Below are positions 58,872 to 64,000 of a stretch of DNA of 64,000 nucleotides, in pieces. The DNA is from Candidatus Tayloriibacteriota bacterium (GTDB lineage Bacteria; Patescibacteriota; Minisyncoccia; Phycocordibacterales; PALSA-1337). Numbering within the stretch: position 1 is the stretch's first letter; every line of letters begins with the position of its first letter. The notes beneath the pieces were generated by a model. That model made no database searches. It had not been told where the DNA came from and saw only the letters and a program-made list of their open reading frames with translations. Position numbers and translations under genes: made by a program. The stretch lies in the NCBI GenBank assembly GCA_903857825.1, contig CAIOGI010000009.1:7203-71202 (forward strand). Direction: 5' to 3'.

Positions 58872-59392
58872 TGCTTAATCGTAACACAAATGGGTCAAAA
58901 TCACATTTAGATTATTCTGAGTACTAAAGGCTGGACATTATTAGTGCATTGTGTAATATATGAATGGAATTGCTTGCCTTGACAGAAGAAGGAGCAATCA
59001 GGAACAACAGAAGACCACTATTCGATGATAGTAGATAGTACTAGTGGCAACCCTCTGCCTGAAGCCTTCTTTCACTTAGGTCATATCCGCTGGAAATACG
59101 ACACTCTCGTGAATTCGGCGACAAGGCCTCTGTCCCTTAGGCTCAAACTGGGGCAGTGGTTAAAGTGAGGTGAATCGAGCACCTGAAAAAGGACAGAAGA
59201 GGCTGGCAAGGTTATCTGTAGCTTGGTAGTAATTGGATATACCACACAGACACGGCGTCGGTTTTCTCAGAGTCTGAAGCGTGGCATGTGAAAAGTGCTA
59301 AATTTACGCTATTGTCCTGAGGTGAGCAATTCCACCATCTTCTCCATAGGTACCGGACCTATGGAGATCTTCTTTTACTAAATTATCTATTT
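58872..59392 (+). ncRNA. candidate structured ncRNA locus (class unassigned), ORF-free and GC-rich with a 3' intrinsic terminator
   Basis: No ORF of 60 aa or more on either strand across 520 bp. GC ~47% against ~33% in the flanks. Ends at a terminator hairpin at 59356-59392. Confidence 0.35.
59356..59392 (+). terminator. intrinsic terminator hairpin
   Basis: CTCCATAGG-taccgga-CCTATGGAG followed by ATCTTCTTTT. Confidence 0.5.
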
Positions 59393-60070
59393 TCACTTAC
59401 TAGAGAAGGCATCATTTATTACCCGAAGTAATTCACCTGGTTTATAAATTATCTTAAATGGATTACCAATCTCTAGTCTTTCTTTCTCATGGAAACCCCA
59501 ACTGACCCCTATGCTTTTTACATTTAGAACGTTTGCTTCTCTGATATCTCCAAGTGTGTCGGTAACAAATACACAGTGCTCAGCATCAGTATTGTACTTT
59601 GAAAAAACCATTCTAATCTTTTCAACCTTGCTAGCATGTACATCATTACCCATTATTTCAATAAAGTATTGATCGATTTTATATCCTTTCAGTAAGTCTA
59701 CAATCATATCACTCATGGATGATGAAATAATGATCATTGAATATTCTTTCGACAATTCTTTAATTATCTCATCTATACCAGGTATCATTACTGCTGAATT
59801 TCGCATTCTAGGATTATATTCTTCAAAAAACTTTATATCGTGTCGGCATTTTTCATCATGCTTAATAGGATCAACTTTCACATCGTTAATATTGCCTTCA
59901 AAAATCTTTCTTTGTTCTTCTACGGTAACATTTGGGCACATCATTTTCTTTACTTCAAAGGCAATCTGAAATGAATCAACGATAACACCGTCAAAGTCGA
60001 AAAGTATAAATTTTGTTTTCATAATTAATTTATAATCCATCTGAACTTTCAACATCAAAACTCTAGCCAT
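59393..60070 (-). CDS. HAD-superfamily hydrolase
   Basis: ILFDFDGVIVDS, motif I. Confidence 0.75.
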   Translation of the reverse strand: MARVLMLKVQMDYKLIMKTKFILFDFDGVIVDSFQIAFEVKKMMCPNVTVEEQRKIFEGNINDVKVDPIKHDEKCRHDIKFFEEYNPRMRNSAVMIPGIDEIIKELSKEYSMIIISSSMSDMIVDLLKGYKIDQYFIEIMGNDVHASKVEKIRMVFSKYNTDAEHCVFVTDTLGDIREANVLNVKSIGVSWGFHEKERLEIGNPFKIIYKPGELLRVINDAFSSK

Positions 60071-60288
60071 AATATGATCACCTATTTCTCCACAGTCAAA
60101 GTATTTTCATTTTATGTATCAACGCTACTCGAATGCAATAACTTATTTTGCGAAATTGCTGCGGGACTTGGAATCGGACCAAGATTTTCTCCTTCAAAGG
60201 GAGACGTACTACCATTATACGATCCCGCAATTTTCTAAAATACCCTTAATCCAACCTGCAATCTTGCGATTCAAATCAGTACTTGCAA

Positions 60289-60906
60289 CTATATTAACCC
60301 GTAAAAGGCCAATATACAAGACTCCTGTATTTTTCGTCTAGTATTTATCTTATTCTTCTTAAAATAAATATTATTAAAGAAACTTAGTGGTAGATTGAGA
60401 TAATTACTCCACAATTTTTTAACCTCCATTATTCTATCACTGTGAGATTCATGTATATACAAACTTAATATTAAGTCATCATTTTTTAGTCCTATACATT
60501 CCTTAATCCATTTTATAAATAATGCAATCATTTTTGGATCAGAATTAGAGAAACTGACTCTACTTGATGGCCTATAGTCTTTCTCTTTAGCACCTTCTGC
60601 CCAGTATAGAGCAGTACCAATTAACCATAACTCCCTTTTGGATATAGATTTTATATCTTTTAATGCATTTTCGATCAAATCTGTTTGCTTTTTTATTCTC
60701 TTACTCCTCTGTGCATCTGCACCTCGCTTTTGTGCTTGTTGCCTTTTCACAGTTATGTTCTGTCTTTGAGCAACACTAAGACCGACCTCTCTTAGCCAGA
60801 GAGATATTGTAGATTTCGCAACAGGAACTTCTTTCATAATTTCAGAGTATGTTTTTCCTTGCTTGCGAAGAGTTATTGCTTTTTGCTTTAAGTCTTGCTT
60901 TACCAT
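60289..60906 (-). CDS. HTH + LAGLIDADG-like endonuclease-domain protein
   Basis: N-terminal HTH (GKTYSEIMKEVPVAKSTISLWL). LIGTALYWAEGAK resembles the LAGLIDADG helix. Confidence 0.4.
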   Translation of the reverse strand: MVKQDLKQKAITLRKQGKTYSEIMKEVPVAKSTISLWLREVGLSVAQRQNITVKRQQAQKRGADAQRSKRIKKQTDLIENALKDIKSISKRELWLIGTALYWAEGAKEKDYRPSSRVSFSNSDPKMIALFIKWIKECIGLKNDDLILSLYIHESHSDRIMEVKKLWSNYLNLPLSFFNNIYFKKNKINTRRKIQESCILAFYGLI

Positions 60907-61010
60907 TATCGAACAAAGATTGTTAGTATCATTATATTATATCTGGGTTCGAAGGCAAAAAGAAAACGCCAGATCTCTCCAGCGTGTTGTGATTTAGACA
61001 AAGACAACTC

Positions 61011-61745
61011 CTACTTTTCATCCTCCATACGATAGCAAACAATGAAATCCTTACCTCGGCAAAGGGTCCCTGGATCTTCCTCGGCACCATAGTATAATTG
61101 CAAATCTTGGCAATATTCGAACGCATACCGAGTGCCGCACTGAGATCTCAAGTATGGATATATTGTGCATTTAGCTTCACCACATCTCGGTATCGTAACC
61201 AACCTTACCTTTGGGAAGATAATCCGACCACCTTTATTGATGATTTCCCACCAAGACTTAGGAATAAATTCCTGATGATGCATTAACCATTCACCATGCC
61301 AGAAACTGCAGACTACTATCTTGGTGCTTGAAATGTCTTTCAACCCATCTAATACACTCTTAAGTGTTAGTGATTTTACTGGTGTATTTTTTGGGAATGG
61401 CGACATCAAGAATAGCGTTTCGAGATTAATCTGCTCATCAAACAGATGGAGATCTTCAGGCTCCACTTTGTAATGGTAGCGATTGCCTTCTCGGAATTTC
61501 CATGATTCCCCTTCGCCACATTTACTTGAATCATACATTTTAACAAGTCCAGACTGTAGCTGTAAATTGACCAGTCCTAAATGTGCCAAGTATGCCACAC
61601 GAGCCAAACCTTTACTAGCATCTCCGAATTTTGTATCAGGTAGTTGCCTGACAAATTCTTCAAACGAGCCGTCAGTAAAACCAGCAGCCTGCATTTTCTT
61701 TGAGAAATCTTCAAGAAGCCGAGCCGCATAGACGAATGTGTTCAT
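61011..61745 (-). CDS. hypothetical protein
   Basis: 244-aa ORF, Cys-rich C-terminus. Confidence 0.35.
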   Translation of the reverse strand: MNTFVYAARLLEDFSKKMQAAGFTDGSFEEFVRQLPDTKFGDASKGLARVAYLAHLGLVNLQLQSGLVKMYDSSKCGEGESWKFREGNRYHYKVEPEDLHLFDEQINLETLFLMSPFPKNTPVKSLTLKSVLDGLKDISSTKIVVCSFWHGEWLMHHQEFIPKSWWEIINKGGRIIFPKVRLVTIPRCGEAKCTIYPYLRSQCGTRYAFEYCQDLQLYYGAEEDPGTLCRGKDFIVCYRMEDEK

Positions 61746-61842
61746 TATTTTCTTCCTTATTCAATTGTAATTTGTTCAACCACTAAAACAAATAATATAC
61801 TTAATGAGTTAATCAAATATAGCGAAGGCGCCTTCGGTAAAA

Positions 61843-62469
61843 CTAAATCCCTAGAGCATCAGTAGATGCGTCGAGAAATGAATCATACTTAGTCATCTTC
61901 TTTTTCCAATCACTTACAAACTTTAACAATTCCCTTTTAGCAATCTTGTCTTTTATTTTTTGAATCTTCTCTTTGAGTTTTGGTGCAATCAACTCAATAT
62001 CATTCTTCTTCAATTGTCCATTAAACAATTTGTAATGTGTAACTTCTAGATAATCAGCAACTTTTGCTATATGTGCCTCATCTGATTCTGAATCTAGGAT
62101 TTCCCTTGTAAGGTCTTGAACGTCTTTTTGATTATTAAAATACTTAGAAAGAAATTTTTGATTTTCTTCTTCAAATTTCTTTGCGCATGTGCGAGCAGCT
62201 GGATTTGCCTTTGCATAGTACATGCCGATATCACCGCCAAATAGTTCTCCGATATCGTGTAGCAAGCAAAACTTTGTAACTTTATGTATATCAATATTTG
62301 CCCCTTTTGAATTTACGAATTCAGAAAGTTGCCAACCTAGCATGGTCACTAAATAGTGATGTTCAGCAAGATTTCCGATCCTGGTATTACCTCCAGCTAC
62401 AGCATAGCCATATTGAGGCTGTATTCGACTGATTTGTAATATGTTGGTTAATTCAATAATATTATTCAC
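61843..62469 (-). CDS. HD-domain phosphohydrolase (YfbR-like)
   Basis: HHYLVTML...LLHDIGELFGGD. Confidence 0.6.
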   Translation of the reverse strand: MNNIIELTNILQISRIQPQYGYAVAGGNTRIGNLAEHHYLVTMLGWQLSEFVNSKGANIDIHKVTKFCLLHDIGELFGGDIGMYYAKANPAARTCAKKFEEENQKFLSKYFNNQKDVQDLTREILDSESDEAHIAKVADYLEVTHYKLFNGQLKKNDIELIAPKLKEKIQKIKDKIAKRELLKFVSDWKKKMTKYDSFLDASTDALGI

Positions 62470-62600
62470 GAGTTAATAATACATTTTGAAAAATATAAAA
62501 AAAGTGAGGATATACTCGGCAAATGAAGGGCCAATTTGAACCAAAAAAAACCGCCACTCGAGGTGACGGCAGTTTCGCAAAACCAAAAGTGGAGATTCGC

Positions 62601-63173
62601 TCACTTTGGCCTCTTTGGCCTATAGCGAACAAAGATCTGGCAAATCGAGGAAAAGCTTTGCATCCTATACATGTCTCCGAAAAGTAGGCAAGTCTTCCCT
62701 TTTGCATCATTCTCAAAAGAGAATATTCCATCATCAAGTTCGCGAGACTTTAGTGGACGAATTCCGACCCAATGATCGGTCACTATGGGTACCTTCCCAA
62801 AGAGGTTTAGTAAAATGATGGCGTCATAAACTTTGCAAAACGAAACTTGTCCGTGATGTAGGTGCTGATTAATCGAATCAAAAGTATCATCGGACAATAA
62901 TTCTCCTCGACCAATGATTCTATCTCCTCCAAACATAGACCATGAGATGGACGCAAAATGTATGATGCTACTGCTATCTTCGTCGTCGAGCAGAAAGTGT
63001 CTATCATCAATTTCATCAGGCCGACTTACGAATTCAGCGCGCCCGACCAAGTATTCTACTTGATAAATCAGTGACCGCACTTTCAATTTATCCAATTCTG
63101 CTTGAGACATTCTCAGTGAATGTTCAGCAAAAATGCACTTATCTAGTTCAGGAACCGACGGTGTAACTTTCAT
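62601..63173 (-). CDS. hypothetical protein
   Basis: 190-aa ORF. Confidence 0.3.
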   Translation of the reverse strand: MKVTPSVPELDKCIFAEHSLRMSQAELDKLKVRSLIYQVEYLVGRAEFVSRPDEIDDRHFLLDDEDSSSIIHFASISWSMFGGDRIIGRGELLSDDTFDSINQHLHHGQVSFCKVYDAIILLNLFGKVPIVTDHWVGIRPLKSRELDDGIFSFENDAKGKTCLLFGDMYRMQSFSSICQIFVRYRPKRPK

Positions 63174-63271
63174 ATTGATAGATTTCTGTGATGTATTTGT
63201 TTTTGTGATACCAGCCTCAATAAATATATCCGTATTCGATGTTAAAACTAGTGAGCTATTACTCGGTAAAA

Positions 63272-63988
63272 CTATATCTTGTCACTCTTTATTACTTCTT
63301 CGAAAATAAATGGCATTTTATAAATTGAGCCATCTTTTATCGCTTTCAAAACTGTTACTATTGTGTTTATAGAATCATATTCGTCAATCTGTTCATTTTT
63401 AATAGCTTCATCTATCGGTACCCACATATTATGCCCAAAGTCGCTGTCCTCAATGAGGTCTCCAAAGTATTCATCAGCATGGGCAATTGGGAACATTACA
63501 TCAGAAAATATTTCACCCGCTTTATACATTATTCTTCTTTCACAACCGACAAGTCGAAAGTCTGCATCGAGTCCTGTTTCTTGCTTTAATTTCCTAGTAG
63601 CAGCAGGCTCTATAAGTTCCCCCTTCAAAACAACCCCGCCCATTACACCCACCTTGCCATATGAGGGATTGGACTTTCTAACTTGATTTAGAATCTCTAT
63701 TTTCTTATCAACAATGCGCGAGACTATTGTTATTACATTTATTTTGAACAAACTAGTTATGGCGTCATTGGTAGTATATGGATCCGCAACATGTTTTATG
63801 CCAGTTTCAGAAAGTGAGTATCCATCACCTGTTTTTATAACAAAATCTTTCTTGACCAAGAATTGAAGATGATAATTGTAAAGATCATTTGGAATCTTTT
63901 CAGGCTGCATTTCACTATAGCGAAGAGACTTAGCGTTCTTCAGCTTTGATAGTATGTGATTTTGAATTGGGGAGAAGTTGTGGAGCAT
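63272..63988 (-). CDS. NUDIX hydrolase with N-terminal winged-helix domain
   Basis: Nudix box GGVVLKGELIEPAATRKLKQETG, preceded by an HTH-like 90 aa. Confidence 0.65.
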   Translation of the reverse strand: MLHNFSPIQNHILSKLKNAKSLRYSEMQPEKIPNDLYNYHLQFLVKKDFVIKTGDGYSLSETGIKHVADPYTTNDAITSLFKINVITIVSRIVDKKIEILNQVRKSNPSYGKVGVMGGVVLKGELIEPAATRKLKQETGLDADFRLVGCERRIMYKAGEIFSDVMFPIAHADEYFGDLIEDSDFGHNMWVPIDEAIKNEQIDEYDSINTIVTVLKAIKDGSIYKMPFIFEEVIKSDKI

Positions 63989-64000
63989 TATGATTTATTA

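Noticed and set aside
58872-59392. Assigning the GC-rich intergenic RNA to RNase P, tmRNA or SRP
   Set aside because: There are partial resemblances only (ACAGAAGACCACUAUUCG versus the RNase P ACAGAACCCGGCUUA motif; GAAGAGGCUGGCAAGG versus the SRP GGAAGCAGCCAAGG motif). These are insufficient without a covariance-model search.
62462-62737. 91-aa minus-strand ORF overlapping ORF 62601-63173 in another frame
   Set aside because: Unprotein-like sequence. Likely spurious, or an upstream leader of the HD-domain gene.

Overview
Low-GC (~30-35%) bacterial window, possibly a CPR/Patescibacteria-like genome, with almost all genes on the minus strand. The right third (48-64 kb) is ordinary housekeeping DNA: gap, pyrD, cupin, AlkD-like glycosylase, MFS transporter, ITPase, DgkA, HAD/HD/Nudix hydrolases. 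The left 48 kb is a composite mobile region inserted at the 3' end of gap (GAPDH). Four displaced, diverged copies of the GAPDH C-terminus lie at ~520-645, 46103-46177, 46522-46572 and 47155-47241, and the intact gene sits at 48030-49022. The most distal copy shares a 21-nt identical core with the intact gene. This is the footprint of repeated tyrosine-recombinase integrations into the gap 3' end, each of which regenerates the gene tail and displaces the old one. The largest unit (~646-46100) carries the integrase and a complete, higher-GC (~48%) siphovirus-like prophage. It encodes replication functions (Sak4-like ATPase, initiator with internal iterons, RusA-like protein), C5 and ParB-fused methyltransferases, TerS/TerL, a portal-MuF fusion, a protease-scaffold fusion, an HK97 capsid, connector and tail genes with a canonical -1 frameshift chaperone, a tape measure, three tail-fibre paralogs with a shared N-terminus, and a holin plus papain-like endolysin. 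It also carries cargo: a LexA(S24)-Dam fusion, a restriction-modification pair, three PD-(D/E)XK-type nucleases, an envelope glycosylation cluster (GtrB-like GT2, GT4, GT2, Wzx-like flippase, two GT-C membrane transferases, a LamG protein), CAP-domain and peptidoglycan-binding secreted proteins, and a TrpR-like regulator. Between the prophage and gap are three single-ORF modules, each bounded by a GAPDH-tail fragment. They have no recombinase and are cotranscribed behind gap. A GC-rich, ORF-free ~500-bp stretch at 58.9-59.4 kb ends in a terminator and is a candidate structured ncRNA.
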